From NCBI GenBank assembly GCA_965248205.1, contig CBDFIS010000006.1, positions 6,224,662-6,288,661 of the forward strand: a DNA stretch of 64,000 bases, read 5' to 3'. Source of the stretch: Bryobacterales bacterium. GTDB taxonomy: Bacteria; Acidobacteriota; Terriglobia; Bryobacterales; UBA6623. Below, in pieces: positions 48,473-57,009 of this stretch. The position numbers were made by a program, and so were the translations under genes. Each line of letters starts with the position of its first letter. Positions within the stretch are counted from its first letter, which is position 1. A model generated the notes under the pieces. That model was not told where the DNA came from and did no database searches. It worked only from the letters and a program-made list of their open reading frames with translations.

Positions 48473-49015
48473 GCCCATACATTTTGAAAAGCAGATCGGG
48501 CCGCTACGCCCCCGCAAAACGTCCGTTCAGCGCTGGTGCCATCCGACCCCACGGTAGAAGCGCGTTGCGTCCGCTACACGGGACCAAGGCCGTACAGCCT
48601 CTTCTTTCTAAGTATCGAATCGGAAGGTATCTCCGATTCAAGCTGCTTGATGCCCACAACACCTTCGCGGTAGACGGGTGAAGCCGTGTCCATAGGGATT
48701 CGGACGGCTCTGCCTGTTGCCGCAAGGGATCTTCCCATTTCAGGTCGCAGGCTAGCCTAACGGACTGCTGGAGAACGCCGTGGGACAAGCAATCTTGCTT
48801 GTCTGACCGCCCGTGTTAGAGGTAGGCTCTGTGAAAATCGGTCGAAGCTGCTAAGGAACGCCTGTGCCGAAGATGAGAGTGCTGAACAAAGCCCTAACTC
48901 TGGCCGAGAGTTTCCTTTCAGTCAAGTAGGGGCGCAATTCATTGCGCCCGCGTACGCGAATCTGAAGCGGATGGGAACCTTGCTCCACAGCACGCGGGTG
49001 CCCGCCAAGCCACTG

Positions 49016-50457
49016 TCACAATGTGATCTTCAACTTCCCCTGTTCTACTTTCAGCGGGTACGTCTGAAGGCGTAGTCCCTTTCGGGAAATAGCTTCCCCT
49101 GTCGTGATGTCAAAGTCGGAACCATGCCAAGGGCCACTGCTGTCCGGTTAAAAGTCGAATAGAATCAATTGGTTGGGGTCATAGGGGGATTCGTTTGGGG
49201 AGTCGGATGGCTGGAGTGCCTGTAAAAGGGGCATTTTTTCGAATTGCGTAACGCTGAGAATCTGTAGAATCTGGTAAAGACTCGCTTCCAGCCCGAGGCG
49301 TTTCCGGACGATGGCGATGAGCACGTAAATCGAGACAGCGATCCAGATCTGCGTCTTGACGGCGTTCTCGCTGGTGCCGTAAAACGAGTTGATTCGCAGA
49401 TGTTGCTTGATCCACTTGAAGAACAACTCAATCTGCCAACGCGACTTGTAGATGTGGGCGATGGTCAGCGCCGGGAGCGCGAAGTTGTTGGTCAGAAACT
49501 TCAGCCGCTTGTTCGTCCGGGCGTCGAAGTAACTGACCCTCCGCAACGGGTCGGGATAGGCTTGGGCCGATTCGATGGCAGCCAGTATGACGGTCTGATC
49601 CGAGCGCAAGCCCGTGGATTTGTCGACGGGATGCGAGTAGCGCCGTTGGAGCAAGATGTTCTTCTTGGTTCGCACGACGAAGAACGACGAGCAGAGAGTG
49701 AACACGAAGAGGCGTTCGAAATCGACGTAGGCCCGATCCATGACGTAGAACGCGCCGGCCTCCGGGCCGATCTCGTCGAGGATGTTGATGTCGTGCACTT
49801 TGCCTCCAGTAATGCGGATGAACGTGGGAATATTGCCGTGCAGATCCAGCAGCGTGTGCATCTTCACGGCGGCTTTTTGCTTGCGGAATCTCGCCCACGG
49901 AAACAGCGACAGGCAGAGGTCGATTGTTGTCGAGTCGAGAGCGTACAGAGTCTGGTCCAAGTCCACACCGATCGGGTCGTGGGCATATAACGGCCGTGCC
50001 ATGCCAATCAAGACCTGCGCGAAGTCCGCGTAGATCCGCCAGTCGCGCGACTCGTTCGCGTCGGCCAGTGTCGAGCGCGCTACCCTGCCGCGGAATCCCA
50101 TGTGGTAGAGTTTGCCGTGCATCGAACGCAGGCACGTCTCGATGTCGCGGAGGCTTGCCCGATAGGTCAGCTGGGCGAATGCCATCGCAAGAAACTGATC
50201 CCAGCAGGAGCCAAGGGCAATAAAGGATTTCCCCTTCTCTCTCCCAGATGAGCTTCCATTCCGTCTCGGGGCCTTGTGCAAGGGCACCGGTAATCGTGCC
50301 GGTACAGACCCGGTCCGCCTTCGTGAGGACATTGGTTTCTGAAGGCGTAGCAGCGGCCATTGGACTTGATGATCCCAATCTCGATTCCATCGAGTGTCAG
50401 GAGTTTGCTCGCCCCCTCAGGGATCTCAGATTCGTCTATCAGTTCATGGTCGGCCAT
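49016..50457 (-). pseudogene. Rieske [2Fe-2S] ferredoxin-like gene disrupted by the truncated IS copy, with an additional 1-nt frameshift
   Basis: The 5-prime part (50457 down to 50211) reads MADHELIDESEIPEG...YAFRNQCPHEGGP. A frame change at the C-run 50309..50311 is then needed to continue VCTGTITGALAQGPETEWKLIWEREGEILYCPW. The 3-prime part (49134 down to 49016) reads (CPW)HGSDFDITTGEAISRKGLRLQTYPLKVEQGKLKITL*. The CPH and CPWH Rieske boxes are split by the IS. Confidence 0.7.
49135..50210 (-). mobile_element. IS4-family insertion sequence, copy 3, lacking 253 bp at the transposase-start end (1076 bp)
   Basis: It is identical to copies 1 and 2 from the left terminus CACTGCTGTCCGG up to ...GATCCCAGCAGGAG. 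It lacks the first ~35 transposase codons and the right inverted repeat. It is nevertheless flanked by the direct repeat CCAAGGGC (49127..49134 and 50211..50218). Confidence 0.85.
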
Positions 50458-50505
50458 CGCACTCTAGCTCCCGGTGGCAAGAGTAGTTCGGGAGAGAAAA
50501 ACGCG

Positions 50506-50619
50506 GACTGCCTCCAATTCGCTCCCCGTCATGGCCCTCGAAACAACCGGCTCAGCCTGAAGCGACCTGGCTGGCTGTACCCGATTTTTCGCGAAGTTTA
50601 CTCTTACCACGGGCTCCTA
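50506..50619 (+). repeat. Intergenic ~113-nt repeat, copy B (partner at 3218..3329)
   Basis: See copy A. This copy lies between the amidohydrolase stop (50617..50619, overlapped by the repeat end) and the Rieske gene start. Confidence 0.6.
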
Positions 50620-51720
50620 CCTGCTGGGGATATCGAAGAACTGCGCCGCGTTCTCACCCATGATCTGTCGCTTGACTTCTTCCGGCATCGGATAGTTGAG
50701 GATCCTGGATGGGTGATCGAAGTCGTGATGAGGCCAGTCGGAGGCGTAAATGATGTTCTCGAAATCACCAATGAGCTCGAGGAGCTTTAAGTAGTCCTCC
50801 GGTTTCTCCGGCTCCTCGGCAGGCTGGGTGGAAAAGCGAAAGTTCTTCAAATAGTGGCTCGGGCGCTCTTTGAAGAAAGGGAGCAGGCGTCCCCGCCATT
50901 CATGGTACTCGTTGTTAAGCCTCATCATCACCCAGGGAACCCAGGCCAATCCTCCTTCATTGAAACTGACCTTGAGATCTGGAAACCTTACGGGAATTCC
51001 GTTGCACATCATATGAAAGAAGTTCACGGCCATTTCCAAGGAATGGCCGAACCCATGGCGGCCCACCTCGTCAAACTGCTCCATCTGACAGGGAAACGTC
51101 GGATAGCAGATCGCTAGGCCGTGTACCGCCACCGGCAAACCGACTTCTTGTGCCGCTTCGTAGATGGGATGGTATTTCTTGTTTCCGTAAAGCGGATTGA
51201 TCCCGGCCGCTGGAAGGTAGGCGCACACCATTTTGTGTTTTTTCCCTAGCTCCCTGATCTCCTCCGCGGAGCCTTCGGGGTCTTGAGGGGCTAGACAAAG
51301 CGCCCCGTAGAATCCCTCCGTGTTGCTCAACCATTTGTCGATCAACCACCTGTTGTAGGCTCTTGCCACAGCCATCGCGTAGTCGACGTTTACCTGGAGA
51401 GCCAGTTTCAGGAGATGATCAGGAAAGAGAATCGCCGAATCGATCCCCAAGGAGTCCAAGTCCTGCCGGCACTGCGCGGGTGACGTGACGAACATGGGGC
51501 GATTCTGACCGCCCGGCCATAGAGGATCCGACCCGTCCCCTGATCCCTGCGCCAAACCCGGCACGACGTAGTCACCCACGGAGCCGAAGCGGGACGAGAC
51601 AGCAGAGTCCGGTGCTATCGCCTCGACAGCCTTGCGCCACGGCATCTCGCAATGCTCGGCGAGCTCCTCCGGCAGTTCGTGTACGTGGACGTCACAGTCA
51701 ACAATGCGCATGTTCTTCAT
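50617..51720 (-). CDS. Amidohydrolase-2 (PF04909-type, ACMSD/LigW-like) family protein
   Basis: Start placed at ATG 51720 (MKNMRIVDCDVHVHE, the metal-binding HxH). The track ORF extends upstream across the tRNA gene, which is implausible. Additional motifs: AVHGLA and SDWPHHDFD. Confidence 0.85.
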   Translation of the reverse strand: MKNMRIVDCDVHVHELPEELAEHCEMPWRKAVEAIAPDSAVSSRFGSVGDYVVPGLAQGSGDGSDPLWPGGQNRPMFVTSPAQCRQDLDSLGIDSAILFPDHLLKLALQVNVDYAMAVARAYNRWLIDKWLSNTEGFYGALCLAPQDPEGSAEEIRELGKKHKMVCAYLPAAGINPLYGNKKYHPIYEAAQEVGLPVAVHGLAICYPTFPCQMEQFDEVGRHGFGHSLEMAVNFFHMMCNGIPVRFPDLKVSFNEGGLAWVPWVMMRLNNEYHEWRGRLLPFFKERPSHYLKNFRFSTQPAEEPEKPEDYLKLLELIGDFENIIYASDWPHHDFDHPSRILNYPMPEEVKRQIMGENAAQFFDIPSR

Positions 51721-51938
51721 CGCCACCGGCTTCGTGAATTCGGAATCCTTTCCGCGTAACGGGCGCCGTCCGCCCACCGCCCCCCTCTTCTTGAGACAGC
51801 CCCTCTGAGAGAGGAGCAGCCAATGATAACACAACACGTTTGGCTGAGCCGAAAGCCGTCCCAAGGAGAGGGGTCCTAAGGAATCGTTGTTCAACCTGAA
51901 GCTTGAGTGCTGATAACCTATTGAGATGCCGTTAGTTT

Positions 51939-52026
51939 GCCCGGGTGGCGGAACTGGTAGACGCAAAGGACTTAAAATCCTTTGGTGCTATGCACCGTGT
52001 GGGTTCGACTCCCACCCCGGGCACCA
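51939..52026 (+). tRNA. tRNA-Leu (anticodon UAA), CCA encoded
   Basis: Hand-folded cloverleaf. Acceptor GCCCGGG/CCCGGGC, D arm GCG-GAACTGGTAGA-CGC, anticodon arm AAGGA-CTTAAAA-TCCTT (anticodon TAA). It has a long variable arm TGGTGCTATGCACCGT, T arm GTGGG-TTCGACT-CCCAC, discriminator A, and CCA. Confidence 0.9.
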
Positions 52027-52080
52027 CAACAAACCCGCCTTGATGGGTACTCACTTGACTCAGGTAGCTCGAAATGGCCA

Positions 52081-52660
52081 CTACATGTTGTGGTTGCCCT
52101 TCGGGCTTTTGGGGACGCCTCCGAGCATCGATTTGTAGGGCGTTGGTTCTACGGCAACGGCCTGCTGAACTAGGCAGTAGAAGAGCTTGCCACGACTCCT
52201 TGACTTGCGGCGATTGCAGCGCAAGGTGAATTCGTCGAGATAGTAATCGAGATGCTCGTGGCTGACGGCTCCTTGAATGCGTCCTGAGCAGCCAGCGCTT
52301 CAATAACGACACCACCCCGTGCACCCGGGGCAGCAGCTCCGACGTACGGGCCGGTTGTCCGTCCAGGTAGCTCACTTGGTGGCGATCCCATGGCGTTCGA
52401 GCGGCTCGTAGCCCAGCCATCCGTCGGTATGGACCACACTGCCGGGTTCGATCGACTCGCCGACGAAGGCCATCAGGCTGTCCCCGGAAGCGTCCGCAAT
52501 CGTGCGCATCCGAATCCGCCCGATGGCGGCGCCATCTTCCTCGGTGGCTAAATCCTTTTGGGCCTCCTCGCGGCGATAGTGTACTCGGGAGGTCGGCTCC
52601 ATCGCGATGTTTTCTCCTCCGGTCACATTTCGGACCAATGCCGGTCGAGCCCCGCCGAAA
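52081..52660 (-). pseudogene. IS1595-family (ISXO2-like) transposase remnant, N-terminally truncated and frameshifted
   Basis: Own minus-strand translations in two frames give ...IGRIRMRTIADASGDSLMAFVGESIEPGSVVHTDGWLGYEPL..., ...LPRVHGVVSLLKRWLL and then GAVSHEHLDYYLDEFTLRCNRRKSRSRGKLFYCLVQQAV...*. This is the characteristic IS1595 C-terminal pattern. The stop is at 52081..52083. Confidence 0.65.
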
Positions 52661-52702
52661 AGTGATAGACTCAGGCAATCTTAAAGCGGAGACCTCGCTG
52701 GC

Positions 52703-53503
52703 GTGCCCCTCGAACGAGAAATAACGCAAACCCCAGTCTGTAAGGATGAGCTGCTGGAAAAACTTGGTCAAGTCCTTGACCCGGAGCTCGATGAATCCAT
52801 TCTCGAGAGGGGGTTCATTGAGTCGCTCCAAATCCAGGAGGGGTCGGTCACCGTGGAGCTAAGGTTACCCACATTCTGGTGTGCGGCCGCTTTTGCCTAT
52901 CTGATGGCGGAAGATATTCGCCAGAGGCTCCTTGCTATTCACGGCGTCACAGCCGTCACCGTCCGCTTGAAAGATCATTTCGAGTCGCAGGCGATTGAAG
53001 CGGCGGTGAACGCGGGCAAACGATTCTCCCAAGCCTTTCCCGGAGAAGCGGGCGAGGGCCTTGACGATTTGCGGCTCTTGTTCCTCCGCAAAGGGTTCAT
53101 CAAACGCCAGGAGCAGTTCGTACGGAGCTTGACGGACGCCGGTTTATCGCTGCAGGAGATCTCGGGTCTTCGTGTCGAGCACCTGACCATCGAAGGGAGA
53201 TTCTGCCGCGTCCGGCGGCCAAGTGGTGACGCGCTTTCCGTCGAGGCGGGTCAGGCTGCGCAACGTTATCTTGAGCGTCGGGCCGAACTGGGCTTGAATT
53301 GCTCACCCACTGCGTCCTTGATTACGGATTCTGAAGACAGACCGATTCCCGCCCACCGTCTTAAGCGGCATCTTAGGGAGGCCCGGACGGTTCGGCTCTC
53401 GCTCGAAGCAAACGCTGCTGTCTGCTCGGCTCTGCTCGACGCGCGCAAAGCCGAAGCGCCTGGAGCTTTCGTACAAATTGGAGGTCAGCATGTATCAGGC
53501 TGA
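52703..53503 (+). CDS. DUF59 (MIP18/PaaD-like Fe-S assembly) domain protein with an uncharacterised C-terminal domain
   Basis: 266-aa ORF with a GTG start. The N-terminal ~95 aa (LLEKLGQVLDPELDESILERGFIESLQIQEGSVTVELRLPTFWC) fit the DUF59 pattern. The C-terminal 170 aa are not recognised. Confidence 0.55.
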   Translation: MPLEREITQTPVCKDELLEKLGQVLDPELDESILERGFIESLQIQEGSVTVELRLPTFWCAAAFAYLMAEDIRQRLLAIHGVTAVTVRLKDHFESQAIEAAVNAGKRFSQAFPGEAGEGLDDLRLLFLRKGFIKRQEQFVRSLTDAGLSLQEISGLRVEHLTIEGRFCRVRRPSGDALSVEAGQAAQRYLERRAELGLNCSPTASLITDSEDRPIPAHRLKRHLREARTVRLSLEANAAVCSALLDARKAEAPGAFVQIGGQHVSG

Positions 53504-54524
53504 TGGTGAGGAAGTTTTTGTCATTGATGGGCACACTCACTTTTGGGATGCCAGCCCGGAAAACTGGCGCAACAAGTACGGTGAAGGTTGGATCCGCTGC
53601 TTCTACGACTATCACAACGCACTGAGTCCGGAGGAATATAAGTGGCCGTTTGAAAAGTATTGCAAATACGATGAGCAGACCATGATTCAGGATCTGTTCT
53701 TCAAAGGCCACGTGGACATGAGTATCATGACCTCCACGTATCTGTACGAGTTCTTCAAGAACGGATTCAATTCGCACATCCAGAACAACATCTTGAAGGA
53801 AAAGTATCCCCATCGGTTCATCCTCTGCGGATCGTTCGACCCGCGGGCCGAACAGAAGGGTCTCGACGAATTCCATCAGATGATCGAGGAATATCCGATA
53901 CAAGGCCTCAAGCTCTATACCGCGGAGTGGCGAAACGGATCGCGGGGCTGGTCGTTGAAAAGCCCCTGGGCCTACAAGCACTTTGAGGCTTGCATGGAAC
54001 TCGGGATCAAGAACATTCACGTTCACAAGGGACCGACGATCTACCCGCTCGACAGAGACAGCTTCGACGTTGCGGATGTGGACCAGGTTGCCACCGACTT
54101 TCCGGACCTTAACTTCATCGTCGAACACGTTGGCCTGCCGCGATTGGAGGACTTCTGCTGGATCGCCACACAGGAAAAGAACGTGTACGCCGGCCTGGCG
54201 GTTGCCACCGCGTTCGTTCACAGTCGCCCGAGGTATTTCGCCGAGATGATGGCCAACCTGCTCTTCTGGCTTGACGAAGACCGGCTGCTTTTCTCGAGCG
54301 ACTATGCCATCTGGTCGCCGAAATGGATCGTCGAGAAACTCTGGTCGTTCGAGATCCCCGACGACATTAAGCAGGAATACGGAGTGGATTTGACTCCCCA
54401 GGTGAAGCGCAAGATCTTGGGAGAGAACGCGGCCCGCCTTTACGGGATCGACATTGCCGCCCAACGGGAGACACTGAGTCGGGATCCGATTGGCGTCGAA
54501 CTAACCAACGGCTCGGGCGCCTGA
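53490..54524 (+). CDS. Amidohydrolase-2 (PF04909-type) family protein
   Basis: ATG 53490 is preceded by GGAGG at 53480..53484. Motifs: VIDGHTHFWD (HxH), EHVGLP, SSDYAIWSP. Confidence 0.85.
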   Translation: MYQADGEEVFVIDGHTHFWDASPENWRNKYGEGWIRCFYDYHNALSPEEYKWPFEKYCKYDEQTMIQDLFFKGHVDMSIMTSTYLYEFFKNGFNSHIQNNILKEKYPHRFILCGSFDPRAEQKGLDEFHQMIEEYPIQGLKLYTAEWRNGSRGWSLKSPWAYKHFEACMELGIKNIHVHKGPTIYPLDRDSFDVADVDQVATDFPDLNFIVEHVGLPRLEDFCWIATQEKNVYAGLAVATAFVHSRPRYFAEMMANLLFWLDEDRLLFSSDYAIWSPKWIVEKLWSFEIPDDIKQEYGVDLTPQVKRKILGENAARLYGIDIAAQRETLSRDPIGVELTNGSGA

Positions 54525-54583
54525 TGCGGTCTCGAACCGTGGCAGACGCGATTCCGTGAGACCTTAGTAGAAGGGATAGCCCC

Positions 54584-55627
54584 ATGCAAGCCGCTCGACT
54601 TCACGAATTTGACGAAACCCTCAAGCGAACCGAGCTTCTGCGAGTGGAAGATCTCGCCGAGCCGAAAGTCCAGGAACCCGATGACGTGATCGTGCGCATC
54701 GGAGGAGCGGGGCTTTGCAGAACCGATTTACACATCGTCGAGGGAATCTGGCGCGAAAAGGTCGACCGCCCGCTGCCCTATGTCCTCGGTCATGAGAACG
54801 CGGGCTGGGTTGATGAAGTAGGTTCCTCGGTCCGCACCGTGAAAACTAGCGACCCGGTGATCGTGCATCCGCTCGTCACAGACGGCACTTGCCCGGCGTG
54901 CCGGCGGGGCGAAGACATGCATTGCGAGGACAGTCACTTCCCGGGGATCACCCGAGATGGCGGCTTTGCGCAACTTCTCCATACCAAAGAACGCTGTCTC
55001 ATCAAACTGCCTCCTCAGCTCGATCCCAAGGATGTGGCGCCATACGCGGACGCTGGGCTGACGGCCTACCGCGCGGCCCGCAAAGCGTCGGAAATCTTGC
55101 GGCCCGGCATGACGGCGGTCATTCTCGGTTTCGGCGGTCTGGGGCACATCGCCGCGCAGGTTCTTCGCACCCTTTGTGCCGCCACGATCATAGTAGTCGA
55201 CACCTCGACACAAGCCTTGGCGCTGGCTGAGGAAATGCACTTCGAGCACCGCGTGCTCGGCGACCAAGGCGCCGTAGACGAGATCCAGCGCCTCACCGAC
55301 GGTGGGGCCAACGCCGTCATCGACTTCGTCGGTGAGAAGGGGACGCCTGAGTTGGCAATGAAAATGCTGCGCAAGGGCGGCACCTACTTCGTGATTGGCT
55401 ATGGCGGCGTGATTCAGCTCCCGACCATCGACATGATCGTCGACGAGTTCAACATCGTCGGCAATCTGGTGGGCAACTTCACGGAACTCGCGGAACTGAT
55501 GATTCTGGCCGGTCAGGGCAAGGTGAAGCTGGCCACCCGAATATACCCTCTCGATCAGGTGAACGAAGCAATGCACGACCTGATCGACGGTCAAATCCCT
55601 GGACGCGGGGTTTTGGTTCCGGTGTAA
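54584..55627 (+). CDS. Zinc-dependent medium-chain alcohol dehydrogenase
   Basis: 347-aa ORF. Catalytic Zn motif is GLCRTDLH...GHENAG, structural Zn cysteines are CPACRRGEDMHC, and the Rossmann motif is ILGFGGLGH. Confidence 0.9.
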   Translation: MQAARLHEFDETLKRTELLRVEDLAEPKVQEPDDVIVRIGGAGLCRTDLHIVEGIWREKVDRPLPYVLGHENAGWVDEVGSSVRTVKTSDPVIVHPLVTDGTCPACRRGEDMHCEDSHFPGITRDGGFAQLLHTKERCLIKLPPQLDPKDVAPYADAGLTAYRAARKASEILRPGMTAVILGFGGLGHIAAQVLRTLCAATIIVVDTSTQALALAEEMHFEHRVLGDQGAVDEIQRLTDGGANAVIDFVGEKGTPELAMKMLRKGGTYFVIGYGGVIQLPTIDMIVDEFNIVGNLVGNFTELAELMILAGQGKVKLATRIYPLDQVNEAMHDLIDGQIPGRGVLVPV

Positions 55628-55696
55628 CCTGTCGAAGCGGGCGAATCGCCTTCCCATCACGAACGCTTGACTCATATACACAGTTACACATAAACT

Positions 55697-55933
55697 GTGT
55701 ATGTGAAGAACATCACCCTCAGCGCGGACGAGAACGTTCTGGCAGAGGTTCGGCGCTACGCGGCTGAGCGCAACTCCTCGATCAATGCCCTCGTCCGCGA
55801 GTTCTTGACTAGTATTGCGGAACGTCAGGACCGGGCACGAAATGCGCGGACACGACTTCGCAGTCTAAGCAACCGATCGCGGGCGCGCATCGGGCGGAAG
55901 TCATGGAACCGCGGCGAGCTACATGAGCGCTGA
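55697..55933 (+). CDS. vapB: Ribbon-helix-helix-type antitoxin (VapB-like)
   Basis: 78-aa ORF with a GTG start. The N-terminal KNITLSADENVLAEVRRYAAERNSSINALVREFL has an RHH-like pattern. It overlaps the start of the downstream PIN gene by 11 nt. Confidence 0.6.
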   Translation: MYVKNITLSADENVLAEVRRYAAERNSSINALVREFLTSIAERQDRARNARTRLRSLSNRSRARIGRKSWNRGELHER

Positions 55934-56348
55934 CTGTTTTCTCGATACGAACATCCTGGTTTACGCCGCAGCCGGGCGCGGTGCCGAAGAGGCGAAGCGC
56001 AAACGAGCCCTGGAGCTAATCGAGAGCCAGGACTTCTGCCTCTCCGCGCAAGTCCTGCAAGAGTTCTATGTGACCGTCACTCGAAAGATCGAGAGCCCGT
56101 TGTCGGCGGAACGTGCATTGGAGTGGATCGAGCACCTAGAGGCGTTTCCCTGCCTGGCCATCGACAACGCGCTCGTCAAAGTGGCTGTCGAGATCAGTGA
56201 ACGCCATCGCATTTCCTATTGGGACGGCGCCATCATTGCCGCTGCCGAAGGCTTAGGAGCGCGAACGGTCTACAGCGAGGACCTGAACCACGAGCAGCGA
56301 TACGGTTCGGTCGAGGTCCGCGATCCCTTTCGCGTCACTTCAATGTAA
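55923..56348 (+). CDS. vapC: PIN-domain toxin VapC
   Basis: 141-aa ORF. FLDTNILVYA carries the first acidic residue. The later E and D residues (QEFY, YWDGAIIAAA, YSEDL) fit the PIN fold. Confidence 0.85.
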   Translation: MSADCFLDTNILVYAAAGRGAEEAKRKRALELIESQDFCLSAQVLQEFYVTVTRKIESPLSAERALEWIEHLEAFPCLAIDNALVKVAVEISERHRISYWDGAIIAAAEGLGARTVYSEDLNHEQRYGSVEVRDPFRVTSM

Positions 56349-56413
56349 GGGCGGTCGGCGATCTTGCCGATGCGGCGGGATGCTTTCATCAGGAAAACAA
56401 GACTGTAGAGGAC

Positions 56414-56986
56414 TTAGCCTTCGAGGTCCGCGAAAACCCTATCCACGGGGATGTTCAAGCCCGGCAGTAGCTCGGGATCGGAGACATGTTGACCTAGCGC
56501 AAACTCCTGTCGCTCGCCGTTCTTGCGGTACACCATGATGGTTTTTGTCACGGGATAGACCACCCACACCAGGGGCGCTCCCGCGGCGAGGTACTGATGG
56601 ACCTTGCGGTCAAGGTCGCTGGCCGAGTCCGACGGCGAGACGACCTCCACTGCCAGGTCAGGGGCGACGGCTAGAGCGCCGCCTCGAATCACCGGCGCGT
56701 CGCGGGCCGCCGGCTTGCGGATCAGAAACACGTCCGGGATCCGCATCGTATCCGCGGCCAAAGCGAATCCGGATCCCTGGGCCACGATGAATTCGGCCCC
56801 GGTCTTTTCAACGAAGACCCTGAGTAAATAGCTGATCGTCGCCACGATCACCGCATGCGGAAAGCTCGGTGCGGACATTTCGATAATTCGGCCCTCATCA
56901 AGTTCTCGGATCACGCCCTCCTGATCGGGTAGCTCCAAGAACTTTTCGACGGTCAACAGAGTTTGCGTTGCCATGTCCTTACCCAT
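56414..56986 (-). CDS. Uma2-family (DUF820) endonuclease
   Basis: Start placed at ATG 56986 or 56974. The track ORF start at 57178 would overlap copA. Motifs: PDVFLIRK, PDLAVEVVSPSD and KVHQYLAAGAPLVWVV, the PD-(D/E)xK-like Uma2 pattern. Confidence 0.8.
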   Translation of the reverse strand: MGKDMATQTLLTVEKFLELPDQEGVIRELDEGRIIEMSAPSFPHAVIVATISYLLRVFVEKTGAEFIVAQGSGFALAADTMRIPDVFLIRKPAARDAPVIRGGALAVAPDLAVEVVSPSDSASDLDRKVHQYLAAGAPLVWVVYPVTKTIMVYRKNGERQEFALGQHVSDPELLPGLNIPVDRVFADLEG

Positions 56987-57009
56987 CCACCTTATCAGCG
57001 CGTGAATAC

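Noticed and set aside
48930-48949. Perfect hairpin GGGCGCAAT-TC-ATTGCGCCC downstream of the Rieske gene as an intrinsic terminator
   Set aside because: The loop is only 2 nt and no U-tract follows on the relevant strand. It may be a REP-like palindrome, but a single occurrence in the window does not support a call.
49148-50332. 394-aa ORF as a variant full-length transposase
   Set aside because: Only residues from ...SCWDQFLAM onward match the IS transposase. The first ~40 codons are an out-of-frame reading of the Rieske gene created by the truncation.
51932-52831. 299-aa minus-strand ORF spanning the tRNA-Leu gene
   Set aside because: It runs antisense through a well-folded tRNA. It is a mosaic of an IS1595 remnant frame and non-coding sequence, not a real gene.
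53373-55681. Long minus-strand ORFs 53373..54464 (363 aa) and 54728..55681 (317 aa)
   Set aside because: They are antisense to the amidohydrolase and the zinc ADH, both of which have clear catalytic motifs. The antisense translations have no motifs.
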